Source of the DNA: Minisyncoccota bacterium
Lineage (GTDB): Bacteria; Patescibacteriota; Minisyncoccia; Phycocordibacterales; PALSA-1337
NCBI GenBank assembly: GCA_041665325.1
Contig: JBAYJB010000001.1
Coordinates: forward strand, 61,824 to 125,823
Direction of reading: 5' to 3'
DNA: 64,000 nucleotides
Part shown: positions 29,569 to 37,513 of the stretch, piece by piece
How positions within the stretch are numbered: position 1 is the first letter of the stretch
How the letters are laid out: the number at the start of each line of letters is the position of its first letter
The notes under the pieces: model-generated
What the model saw: the letters and a program-made list of their open reading frames with translations, nothing else
Databases searched by the model: none
Told to the model about the DNA's origin: nothing
Made by a program: the position numbers and the translations under genes

Positions 29569-29588
29569 CAAATTCTTTCAATCATCTG

Positions 29589-30734
29589 TCAATCCACCAC
29601 TCTCTTTAAGGCTGCCGGGATATGGACGGCGATCTCGTAGGGGATAGTGTCACAGCGCCTGGCCATCGAACGGATGGAGTTGGCGTCGTCTGGCTCGCAG
29701 CTGATGACCGACACTTCCATGCCCACCTTGACGCCGACCACGGTGGTGACGTCGATGGTAGTGATATTCATGCTGATACGGCCAACGATCGGGCAAAACT
29801 CATTTTTGGGCCCGACCTGGATGGCGCCGATGCTCGAGAGGCGGCGGTCGATGCCCTCATAATATCCGACCGGAATAGTGGCAACCAGCATCTTCTTCTC
29901 CACCTTGAATGTCTTGCCGTAGCCGATGGTCTTGCCGGCCTCGAGCTTCTTCACGCCGGTGACGATAGTCTTCATGGCGAGCACGGGCTTGAGGTCGAGC
30001 CTGGCATTGAGGGCTGCGTTGTCGGACAGACCGTAGAGGCCGATGCCGAGGCGGGTGACATTGGCGGTGGTGCTGTCTGCGTACCGGGAGCCGTCGGTGG
30101 CGGCGGCGTGGACATATTTGATTGCAGGGAACACGGCCTTGAATGTCTTGACCGACTTATCCCAGACGCGGAGCTGGTCCTGGGTAAATGATTCGTCGGG
30201 ATTGTCGGCATCGCAGAGGTGCGTGGCTAGCCCGTCGAGCTTGATGCGGGGATTGTTCTGAAGAATATCAATGGCTGTGGGGATCTCTTCCGGCAATATG
30301 CCCTGCCTATGCATCCCTGTGTCGATCTTGATATGGGTATGGACGTCTCGACAGGTCGGAAGCAGGGCCTTGAGGGCGTCCAAACTGGCGATTGTAAAGG
30401 CCATTTCTGGGAGGTGCGACGAAGCTATCGTCTCCGGCCGAGTATAGCCGATGACGAGGAGCGGCGTCCTGATCCCTTTGGCCCGCAAGGCGATGGCCTC
30501 GAAATAAGAATCGACGACGAAGAAGGGGATGTGTCCGGCCTCCCGCAAGATGCCGGCTACCTCGATCAGGCCGTGGCCGTAGGCGTTGCTCTTCAACACT
30601 GGAGCGATCAGCGCGCCGTTCGCGTGCCCGGCGAATTCCCGTAGATTGTGGAGGAGGCGTTCTCGGGAGATGGAAACAGTGATGAGCGGCTCGTAAGGGA
30701 AGCGATGCCGCGAAAGCCAAGTAAACAATCTCAT
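29589..30734 (-). CDS. alr: Alanine racemase
   Basis: PLP-lysine motif AVLKSNAYGHGL; 381 aa fold I/TIM-barrel racemase pattern. Confidence 0.85.
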   Translation of the reverse strand: MRLFTWLSRHRFPYEPLITVSISRERLLHNLREFAGHANGALIAPVLKSNAYGHGLIEVAGILREAGHIPFFVVDSYFEAIALRAKGIRTPLLVIGYTRPETIASSHLPEMAFTIASLDALKALLPTCRDVHTHIKIDTGMHRQGILPEEIPTAIDILQNNPRIKLDGLATHLCDADNPDESFTQDQLRVWDKSVKTFKAVFPAIKYVHAAATDGSRYADSTTANVTRLGIGLYGLSDNAALNARLDLKPVLAMKTIVTGVKKLEAGKTIGYGKTFKVEKKMLVATIPVGYYEGIDRRLSSIGAIQVGPKNEFCPIVGRISMNITTIDVTTVVGVKVGMEVSVISCEPDDANSIRSMARRCDTIPYEIAVHIPAALKRVVD

Positions 30735-30784
30735 GTTTGCATTATGTCTTACAATACGCTATATTACAACCTCAATTCACCCAT

Positions 30785-30940
30785 ATGTCACAAGACCAAC
30801 TGATCCAAATCAAGAATAAAGAGACCGGTGAGACCTACTGGACCCGCAAGAACCGCAAGAAGGTCGAGCGCAAGATCGAACTCAAGAAATACTCGGCCAA
30901 GCTCCGTAAGCACGTGGTCTTCAAGGAGGCTAAGAAATAA
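30785..30940 (+). CDS. rpmG: 50S ribosomal protein L33
   Basis: TGETYWTRKNRKKVERKIELKKYSAKLRKHVVFKEAKK matches L33 (..Y.T.KN......KLELKK.....R.HV.FKE.K). Confidence 0.8.
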   Translation: MSQDQLIQIKNKETGETYWTRKNRKKVERKIELKKYSAKLRKHVVFKEAKK

Positions 30941-31051
30941 GCACCGAGAGAACATGACCTCGAACTGCACGGATATTTCCCTGCTGGGAAATTCCTCGTG
31001 CTCGCGCCAGTCGCGCTCGCAAGGCAGTTCGAAATCATGCTCTCTCGGTGC
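30941..31051. repeat. Variable-stem/conserved-core palindromic element, copy 3 (27-bp arms + 57-bp core)
   Basis: The arms GCACCGAGAGAACATGACCTCGAACTG and CAGTTCGAAATCATGCTCTCTCGGTGC pair with three transition mismatches. The core hairpin carries compensatory changes (ATTTCCC-TGCT-GGGAAAT versus ATTTTCC-TGCT-GGAAAAT in copies 1 and 2). Confidence 0.8.
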
Positions 31052-31072
31052 TATACTAGCGACGGCACGTAC

Positions 31073-31143
31073 GGGCGATTAGTTAAGTGGCATAACTGCG
31101 GTCTCCAAAACCGCTGTCCGAGGTTCGATTCCTCGATCGCCCG
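31073..31143 (+). tRNA. tRNA-Trp (anticodon CCA)
   Basis: Acceptor GGGCGAT/ATCGCCC, anticodon stem-loop GCGGT-CTCCAAA-ACCGC, T-arm CGAGG-TTCGATT-CCTCG, discriminator G. Confidence 0.75.
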
Positions 31144-31246
31144 CATATTGACTTTAACCACTAATATGTGGTAATATACAGGTGCATTATTAAGGTAGTG
31201 TTGCTACAATAAAACACAACTTTTAAAGTTTTAAATATAAATTCAT

Positions 31247-31708
31247 ATGAATAAAACACACATCTACGCAGTGGTCGCCATGGCTCTCATCGCCACCGTC
31301 TTGATCGGCGGTTCGACTCTATTCCAGGATCTCGGTCAATCAGGCGTCGCTGGTACGGAGCCAATCGGCAACACCGGTGGCATCAGCACGGTCGCCGAGG
31401 GTACCCAGCAGGCCGCCGCGGTGGCCATGGCCGTCAAGGTCGGCCAGCCGGAGACTATCAAGTGGGATCAGACTGCCTTTCCTTCGGCCGATGTGAAGAT
31501 CCTCATCGTCAGGAAGACCGGCGTCGACCCTGTGAGCTATGAGCCAATCCGCACACTCGCGGCTTCCGCGCCGAATACCGGTTCGATCGTCTGGACTCCT
31601 TCGGCTGTCGAGCTCGGCAGTGATATCTATGTCCAGGTCGGCTGTGTCGCCTCTACCGTCGCTTGCAGCGCCACTATCTCGCCTTCGCCGCTAACAGTCA
31701 ATAAATAA
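31247..31708 (+). CDS. Hypothetical secreted or membrane-anchored protein
   Basis: 153 aa with N-terminal TM or signal (YAVVAMALIATVLIGG), followed by terminator hairpin GCCGCC-GTAG-GGCGGC + T4 at 31732..31752. Confidence 0.45.
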   Translation: MNKTHIYAVVAMALIATVLIGGSTLFQDLGQSGVAGTEPIGNTGGISTVAEGTQQAAAVAMAVKVGQPETIKWDQTAFPSADVKILIVRKTGVDPVSYEPIRTLAASAPNTGSIVWTPSAVELGSDIYVQVGCVASTVACSATISPSPLTVNK

Positions 31709-31761
31709 AGCCCAGTTTTGTGGGAACATGAGCCGCCGTAGGGCGGCTTTTGTTATGTTGG

Positions 31762-31802
31762 TTATCCACAGGTACACCTTGCAGGTGAACGATAGTTCAC
31801 CT
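31762..31802 (+). promoter_or_regulatory. LexA (SOS) box AGGTGAACGATAGTTCACCT, preceded by a perfect DnaA-box-like 9-mer TTATCCACA
   Basis: GAAC-N4-GTTC with extended perfect 8-bp arms at 31783..31802, matching the Gram-positive-type LexA consensus CGAACnnnnGTTCG. It lies 55 bp upstream of the small ORF and lexA operon. TTATCCACA is at 31762..31770. Confidence 0.55.
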
Positions 31803-31856
31803 ATGATGTAGGTATCAAGGCTACGGCCTGAATTACCAGTTTTTAACATCATCACT

Positions 31857-32063
31857 ATGAGCAAGTACGAGATAGCTAGGTCGCTCCGCAAGGAGATCAG
31901 GAGGATCAATCGTGTCATCGATATGAAGATCATCCAGGGCCTGCCATATTACAACGAATCCCGCCGCCACAGATTCCTGACTTCACAGCTCAAGCATCTG
32001 GTGCCGGAACGGCTCGGCTGGTTCAGCCGACCGATGAGCTTCGCCAGCCTTTTCATGTTCTAA
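31857..32063 (+). CDS. Small basic hypothetical protein immediately upstream of lexA
   Basis: 68 aa, Arg/Lys-rich, stop 1 nt before the lexA start. Confidence 0.3.
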   Translation: MSKYEIARSLRKEIRRINRVIDMKIIQGLPYYNESRRHRFLTSQLKHLVPERLGWFSRPMSFASLFMF

Positions 32064-32064
32064 T

Positions 32065-32634
32065 ATGAGCATGTCATCCTACAAGGACAAGATCTTCGGT
32101 TTCTATCAGGACCATCGGCGCATGCCGAGCTATGCGGAGATCATGAAGCTCGTCGGTTTCAAGTCCAAGAATGCCGTCTATAAGCTGGTCGGCAAGCTCC
32201 TCGATGAGGGGGCGGTCCTCAAGGACGCGACTGGACGCCTCATCCCGACCAACCTCTTTGGCGAGATCCCACTCCTCGGGCTCGTCGAGGCCGGTTTCCC
32301 GACGGCGGCCGATGAAGTCAATCTCGACACCATGACACTCGACAGCTATCTCGTCGAGCGCAAGGAGCAGACCTACCTCCTCAAGGTCAAGGGCGACTCG
32401 ATGATCGACGCCGGCATCCAGGAGGGCGACTTAGTGTTGGCCGAGCGCGGCCGCGAACCTCGAGTGGGCGACATCGTGATCGCCGAGGTGGACGGGGGCT
32501 GGACCATGAAGTATTACCGCAAGAAGGGCAGTCAGGTCTACCTCGAGCCGGCCAACAAGGCCTACAAGAATATATACCCGGAGCAGGATCTCAACATTGC
32601 GGCAGTGGTCAAGGGGGTGGTCAGGAAGTATTGA
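32065..32634 (+). CDS. lexA: LexA repressor (S24 peptidase with N-terminal wHTH)
   Basis: HTH (YAEIMKLVGFKSKNAVYKLV), cleavage-site region (VEAGFPTAAD) and Ser/Lys dyad region (KVKGDSMIDAGIQEGDLVL ... W.MKYY.K). Confidence 0.8.
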   Translation: MSMSSYKDKIFGFYQDHRRMPSYAEIMKLVGFKSKNAVYKLVGKLLDEGAVLKDATGRLIPTNLFGEIPLLGLVEAGFPTAADEVNLDTMTLDSYLVERKEQTYLLKVKGDSMIDAGIQEGDLVLAERGREPRVGDIVIAEVDGGWTMKYYRKKGSQVYLEPANKAYKNIYPEQDLNIAAVVKGVVRKY

Positions 32635-32681
32635 CACCTGGTTGCGGGAGGCGTAGAAATAGTGCAAACCCAGAACAAACT

Positions 32682-33161
32682 ATGAAAAATAGAATAACTT
32701 CCGCGGTGGCAGTTTACGTGGTGTTGATGAACGATCACGATGAAGTCTTGCTCGCCCTGCGTGCCAATACTGGGTACCAGGATGGGGTGTGGCAGACCCC
32801 GGCCGGGCATGTCGAGATGGGCGAACTGCCGATCGAGGCCACCATCCGTGAGACCCTCGAAGAGGTCGGCATCCGGCTGACTGCGCTCGACCTCAAGCTG
32901 GTCCATGTCTCAGCCAGGCCTAAGCATGATGAGACGGGTAACCGCATCGATCTGTTCTTCCATGCCACGCATTGGGCCGGCGAGGTTGCCAATATGGAGC
33001 CACACAAGTGTGCCGAACTTCGCTGGTCTAAGCTCTCGGAACTGCCGGATAACATGACTCCGCATGTGCGGACCGGCATCATGAAGGGGCTCAATGGCGA
33101 ACTCTACTCGGAGTTCACGCTCGAACAGATGAAGAAGCTGCCCATCTACGGGCTAGTTTGA
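32682..33161 (+). CDS. NUDIX hydrolase
   Basis: Nudix box GHVEMGELPIEATIRETLEEVGI. Confidence 0.8.
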   Translation: MKNRITSAVAVYVVLMNDHDEVLLALRANTGYQDGVWQTPAGHVEMGELPIEATIRETLEEVGIRLTALDLKLVHVSARPKHDETGNRIDLFFHATHWAGEVANMEPHKCAELRWSKLSELPDNMTPHVRTGIMKGLNGELYSEFTLEQMKKLPIYGLV

Positions 33162-33176
33162 TCCAGTTCACCCATC

Positions 33177-33205
33177 GGGGCGGAAGCGATTCCGCCCCTT
33201 TTTGT
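33177..33205 (+). terminator. Intrinsic terminator GGGGCGGAAGCGATTCCGCCCC + T5 (module T1, copy a)
   Basis: A near-identical copy is at 34665..34693. Confidence 0.7.
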
Positions 33206-33306
33206 TGTATATGATCTGCCTTGCTTTTTCCTTGGATGCTAAGTAGTCTGCTTACAGACAAACCAATTTAGTATAACTGAACCCCAAAACCCAAAAGGAG
33301 CACATC

Positions 33307-34647
33307 ATGCCAACCAACGGCATCTCAACAGCCTCAAGCAAGCTCATCCGTGGCAGCACCTGGTCGATCATCAAGATCGAAGGGGCGGCCACAAATCAAA
33401 ATCGTGTGGAAGGCAAGGTCACCCTGTATAACTCCTCCGACCGGTCAAGTGATGTGAACGCCTGGACCGCTGTCAGGCACGGCACTGATCAGTGGGCCAT
33501 CACAGGCCAAGGCGCGCGCATGTCTACCGGCGAGCGAGTGCGCTCGCCATTCACATATCCGTTCGTTCTTATGAAGTCTGTCAATGACGATGTGAGGGCG
33601 GAACTGTCGCACTGGATACGCATCAACGGTAAGGCTCTCTTCAAACAAGGGTCCGAGTTGTATGACAGGAGGGTGCATGCATCCTCATCGGGCAATGGCA
33701 GGCTTCCTTCAAACGGAGATCTGCCGCTTACGGACACGTTGTCCAGTCAGCAGGCGACCGCCGCTGTCAATGCAACCGGGAGACTCGAAGTCATCGAAGT
33801 GCTAGTCTCGGAGATCCAGCCGTTCGAGGGTCAACCCCGTGAAGAATTCACCAAATCCGACTTGAGAGAGATCAGGGAGAGCCTGAGGCAGGAGGGCCAA
33901 CAGCAGATCATCTTCGTCACTCCGGTCAGCGGTGTGAGGGGGAAGAGATGGGAGCTTGTCGACGGCGAGCGCCGTTACCGCGGCGCCGTGGCGGCCGGTA
34001 TCCGGACCCTGACCGCCGTGGTCAAGCGCTTCAAGAACAAGGATGAGCAATTCTGGAGCTCATTCACCATGAATTGGAATCGGCGTGATCATACCCCGTA
34101 TGAGAATATCCGAGCTGTCGAACGGGCTATGAAGTCCGGCAAGACGGTTGCCCAGATTCGCACCGCCACCGGCCGTTCGGACTGCTGGGTCTATCAGAAC
34201 CTGCAGTTGCAAAATCTGGATCGCTCACTGCGCGCGCTTATGAAGCAGTCAGTCCCCAAAAGCGACCGCATGTCGTTCGGCATCGCCAACAGGCTTTCGC
34301 GGGTGCCGAGGGCCGAGGACCAGCTGCGTATCTGGAATGTGGCCAAGCAACAGCTCACTCCCAGCCTGCGCAAGCTCAAGGTGGATCAGCTGACTGCGGT
34401 CATCCTGGACAAACTGCCTCAGAAGGGCCGTAAGCGCAAACCTAGCGATAACGGGGTGCGAATCCTGCGTTGCCTACAGACGGCCGAAGCCGACCAGACC
34501 TTCATCAGTCGGACCACGGAAGAGGACCTGCGGGCATTCATGATGAATACCACCATGGACTTCAACCGCAGCGATCTTCTTCCTCGCGTCAGGGCGGTTG
34601 CCGCCGCCTGGGTGGAGCTCGCCAAGCGGGTCAGAAAGCTCAAGTGA
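33307..34647 (+). CDS. ParB/Srx-fold nuclease-like protein with HTH and N-terminal extra domain (not the partition ParB)
   Basis: ParB N-domain motifs (IEVLVSEIQPFEGQPR.. GVRGKRWELVDGERRYRGAVAAG) and an HTH (KTVAQIRTATGRSDCWVYQNLQL). Confidence 0.6.
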   Translation: MPTNGISTASSKLIRGSTWSIIKIEGAATNQNRVEGKVTLYNSSDRSSDVNAWTAVRHGTDQWAITGQGARMSTGERVRSPFTYPFVLMKSVNDDVRAELSHWIRINGKALFKQGSELYDRRVHASSSGNGRLPSNGDLPLTDTLSSQQATAAVNATGRLEVIEVLVSEIQPFEGQPREEFTKSDLREIRESLRQEGQQQIIFVTPVSGVRGKRWELVDGERRYRGAVAAGIRTLTAVVKRFKNKDEQFWSSFTMNWNRRDHTPYENIRAVERAMKSGKTVAQIRTATGRSDCWVYQNLQLQNLDRSLRALMKQSVPKSDRMSFGIANRLSRVPRAEDQLRIWNVAKQQLTPSLRKLKVDQLTAVILDKLPQKGRKRKPSDNGVRILRCLQTAEADQTFISRTTEEDLRAFMMNTTMDFNRSDLLPRVRAVAAAWVELAKRVRKLK

Positions 34648-34664
34648 CTCAGTAAGCATAGTTC

Positions 34665-34693
34665 GGGGCGGAAGCAATTCCGCCCCTTTTTTG
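34665..34693 (+). terminator. Intrinsic terminator GGGGCGGAAGCAATTCCGCCCC + T6 (module T1, copy b)
   Basis: Duplicate of 33177..33205 with a single mismatch in the loop. Confidence 0.7.
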
Positions 34694-34805
34694 TTGACAA
34701 GTTTTGAATACCTTGTAATGTCAGAAGCGAATCGTCCTTTGCAAACACGTCTGCATCTGGATTGAAGGTTCACTGTTAGTCAACAATAAATAGGAGATTG
34801 TTATC

Positions 34806-35525
34806 ATGAGCCCAAAAAAGCTCGATCTGTCCGCGTTCAGGATCCATGACCTCGCCGAAGCCCTCGACCAGAACTCATGTGTGATCAAACTGTGTCTTTG
34901 GGGCCCGTACCCCAATGTCGAGACCGGTTCTATCGATGACATCAAAACCATCGATGAGGCACGCAAGATGATGCGCAAAGCGCAATCCCGTGAGCGCCGC
35001 CGGCTCATCGCGAAGAAGTGGTTCGGACTGTGCACCTGCATGTCCGAGCTCCAAGGGCCATTCAGTGACTTTGGCTCTCCCGACCTCTATCATGACGACG
35101 ACCTCCGTCATTTCCGAGATACTCGCGCGAATGAGATGGCCGATAGCGCCATCAACAGTGATGATTTTGGGCTGATTTACGAGTGCTGGAGAGCCAGTCC
35201 TCACGGCTTCATCCAGGACAAGCTAACCTTGGCACTTCTCGAGAAGAGCCGTATCGTCTGTTGGGGCATGCTTGTGATCGATAATCTCGAGAAGACAGGT
35301 CGTATCCACAGCGAATCAACGCAGTGGATATACTGGGCCTTCATGCAGAAGATGGCAGAACTGGCTGACCGGAAACAGGCTAAGGAGCTTCTCGATGTCA
35401 TCCAGAGGCACCGCCGCTTCGATCACGAGAACCCGACAGTCTCCTTTCTTGTGCAGAAAGTGGCAACTGCTTATCGGCATAAGTTCTTCGGACCCATCTT
35501 ACGCGAAGGCGGCGTCGAGGTTTGA
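34806..35525 (+). CDS. Hypothetical protein (239 aa); C-terminus ..PILREGGVEV shared with gene 35912..36517
   Basis: No recognisable family. The 3' end and terminator form repeat module T2a (35493..35562). Confidence 0.45.
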   Translation: MSPKKLDLSAFRIHDLAEALDQNSCVIKLCLWGPYPNVETGSIDDIKTIDEARKMMRKAQSRERRRLIAKKWFGLCTCMSELQGPFSDFGSPDLYHDDDLRHFRDTRANEMADSAINSDDFGLIYECWRASPHGFIQDKLTLALLEKSRIVCWGMLVIDNLEKTGRIHSESTQWIYWAFMQKMAELADRKQAKELLDVIQRHRRFDHENPTVSFLVQKVATAYRHKFFGPILREGGVEV

Positions 35526-35532
35526 ATTGTTC

Positions 35533-35562
35533 AGGGGCGCTCCCACGGGCGCCTCTTTTTTG
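35533..35562 (+). terminator. Intrinsic terminator (GC hairpin GGGGCGCTCCCACGGGCGCC + T6), module T2 copy a
   Basis: A duplicate is at 36537..36567. Confidence 0.6.
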
Positions 35563-35577
35563 TTATACAATCAACGT

Positions 35578-35811
35578 ATGAAGGAAAAACTCATCACGGT
35601 GAGGGTCTCCGCTGGATCGCGTAGCGAATCTGTCGAGCGATTGGCCGCCGATATCTACAAAGTCCATGTTCGCACAGTACCCGAGAAGGGGAAGGCCAAT
35701 AAGCGCGTCCTTGAGCTTATCGCCGAGCATTTTGGCGTGGCGAAGTCGCGGTTGGAGATTGTGAGAGGAGGGGTGGGCAGGGAGAAGAAGATCAGGATTG
35801 ACATGGCCTAG
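35578..35811 (+). CDS. DUF167 (YggU-like) family protein
   Basis: MKEKLITVRVSAGSRSESVERLA..VHVRTVPEKGKANKRVLELIAEHFGVAKSRLEIVRGGVGREKKIRI is the characteristic DUF167 pattern. Confidence 0.6.
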   Translation: MKEKLITVRVSAGSRSESVERLAADIYKVHVRTVPEKGKANKRVLELIAEHFGVAKSRLEIVRGGVGREKKIRIDMA

Positions 35812-35911
35812 TTAAAATCGTATTTTAACTCCAGCTGCTCATTAAAAGAGTTGGTCAAGTTCCAACCGCTTGCGCATGAAGCGCGAGAACAGTGGCGGCT
35901 AAGGAGTACCC

Positions 35912-36517
35912 ATGAAAAATGACCTCAAGTTCAAGAAGACTACGCGTATCAGCTGGAACAGCTGGAACGACGGCACACCCGATAGAGATGCCTTTCCTGT
36001 GCCTCTGACATTGTCAAAAATACCGTTAGCGGCACGTGGATCATTCCTCGGTTTTGATATTCGCTCGTCTGTCTATCTCCACGGAGCGACCGTAGAGGCA
36101 ATCAGCGGAAAGCTTGGCAAGATCAATATAGTGATCGCTGCCCATCACAATGACAGGCCGCTTGGTGCCGGTGATCTTGTCAGTATTGCAAAGGGTTTGG
36201 CTACGCTCAACTCCGATATCTTGGAGTACCGAGGATTTCCTCTGAATAACCAAGGACCGTTCTTATTCGACTTGCGGGTTCCGAACGGCGCCGGATTCTG
36301 CGAGACTGCGGTCGAGCATGTCTCCAAAATCGTCACATTCCTTGGTGTCACAGGTGATCGTTGGTTCAGACATGCCATCAAGATTAAGCAATCGACGCTC
36401 GTTCTCGTGAAAGGGAACTGGATCGAATACGAGGATTATCTCGTCGGGAAGTTCCCGATCCGTCTGCCTAACTGCGCCGGAGAGCCCATCTTGCGTGAAG
36501 GCGGCATCGAAGCTTGA
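35912..36517 (+). CDS. Hypothetical protein (201 aa); C-terminus ..PILREGGIEA shared with gene 34806..35525
   Basis: No recognisable family. The 3' end and terminator form repeat module T2b (36486..36567). Confidence 0.45.
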   Translation: MKNDLKFKKTTRISWNSWNDGTPDRDAFPVPLTLSKIPLAARGSFLGFDIRSSVYLHGATVEAISGKLGKINIVIAAHHNDRPLGAGDLVSIAKGLATLNSDILEYRGFPLNNQGPFLFDLRVPNGAGFCETAVEHVSKIVTFLGVTGDRWFRHAIKIKQSTLVLVKGNWIEYEDYLVGKFPIRLPNCAGEPILREGGIEA

Positions 36518-36536
36518 AGTGTGATTTGGATCGTTC

Positions 36537-36567
36537 AGGGGCGCTCTCACGGGCGCCTCTTTTTTGT
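36537..36567 (+). terminator. Intrinsic terminator, module T2 copy b
   Basis: GGGGCGCTCTCACGGGCGCC + T6. Confidence 0.6.
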
Positions 36568-36585
36568 TTGTGCTAGGATTCTTGC

Positions 36586-36909
36586 ATGCCACTCATCAAT
36601 CTAGAATATGACAAGGAGATAGTTTCAGACGGGGATATTAGGATTCTATCTCAAGCTGTTCGTGACATTGTTTCAGAAACTACGGGCATAGAAGACGTCT
36701 TTGTCTATGCCAATGCTTCACAGATACGTATCAGAGTCGCTCCAGTAGAGATATTTGTCAGGATGACAGCCAAGAAGATCAAGAATGAAGACGAACTTAT
36801 AGGTACTATTAAATCTAAACTTAAGGAATGGAAACAAGGCTCCCGTTTTAAGCACCCGATAAATTTGACTCTAATACCCATGAATTGGAAGGTTGAGATA
36901 GGGATATAA
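36586..36909 (+). CDS. Hypothetical protein, possibly tautomerase-superfamily-like (starts Met-Pro); AT-rich gene
   Basis: MPLINLEYDKEIVSDGDIRILSQAVRDIV.. The Pro1 and length resemble 4-OT-like proteins, but the assignment is weak. Confidence 0.3.
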   Translation: MPLINLEYDKEIVSDGDIRILSQAVRDIVSETTGIEDVFVYANASQIRIRVAPVEIFVRMTAKKIKNEDELIGTIKSKLKEWKQGSRFKHPINLTLIPMNWKVEIGI

Positions 36910-36914
36910 CCAAC

Positions 36915-37499
36915 ATGTCCCTCACCCTCATCTTCGAAGCCCATGGCACGACATCTGATAACGAAGCCCACCTATCGTCGGGCTGGTATGATGTGGCCCT
37001 ATCTCCCAAGGGCGAACAGCAGTCGCGGGAGATGGGCGAGCGTTACAGGGACGACCATTTCGACGCCATATTCTGCTCGGACTTACAGCGGGCCTGGAGA
37101 AGCGCAGAGATTGCATTTTGTAAGAATAAAGTTGGAAAGCTTGTTACAGACAATGATTTTCTTAAGGCGGAATGTAAGTTTCCAATAATAACCGATGCGC
37201 GCCTGCGTGAATGCAATTATGGCGACCTGACGCAGAAACCGAGCGAGCTCGTGGACGCGGAGAAGACGAAGCGGATCAGCGTGCCATTCCCGAACGGCGA
37301 GAGCTACGAGGAGACCAATGCTCGGATGAAGTCGTTCCTAGAAGACCTGAAGAGGGACTATGACGGCAAGAGGGTCATGGTCATCGGCCACCGCGCGACG
37401 CAGTACGGCATCGAGGCGTATGTCAATGGTATGACCGTCGAAGAATGTCTGGCCAAACCATTCAAATGGGAGCCGGGGTGGGTTTACAAAATCAAATAG
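36915..37499 (+). CDS. Histidine phosphatase superfamily (phosphoglycerate mutase-like) protein; its 3' end forms att-like repeat copy 0
   Basis: LIFEAHGTTSDNEAHL (degenerate RHG motif) and VMVIGHRATQYGIE (second His motif). Confidence 0.55.
   Translation: MSLTLIFEAHGTTSDNEAHLSSGWYDVALSPKGEQQSREMGERYRDDHFDAIFCSDLQRAWRSAEIAFCKNKVGKLVTDNDFLKAECKFPIITDARLRECNYGDLTQKPSELVDAEKTKRISVPFPNGESYEETNARMKSFLEDLKRDYDGKRVMVIGHRATQYGIEAYVNGMTVEECLAKPFKWEPGWVYKIK
37458..37499 (+). repeat. att-like repeat R3, copy 0 (3' end of phosphatase gene: CCATTCAAATGGGAGCCGGGGTGGGTTTACAAAATCAAATAG)
   Basis: Related copies are at 38206..38249 and 38971..39028. Confidence 0.55.
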
Positions 37500-37513
37500 G
37501 GTAAACTATCGGT

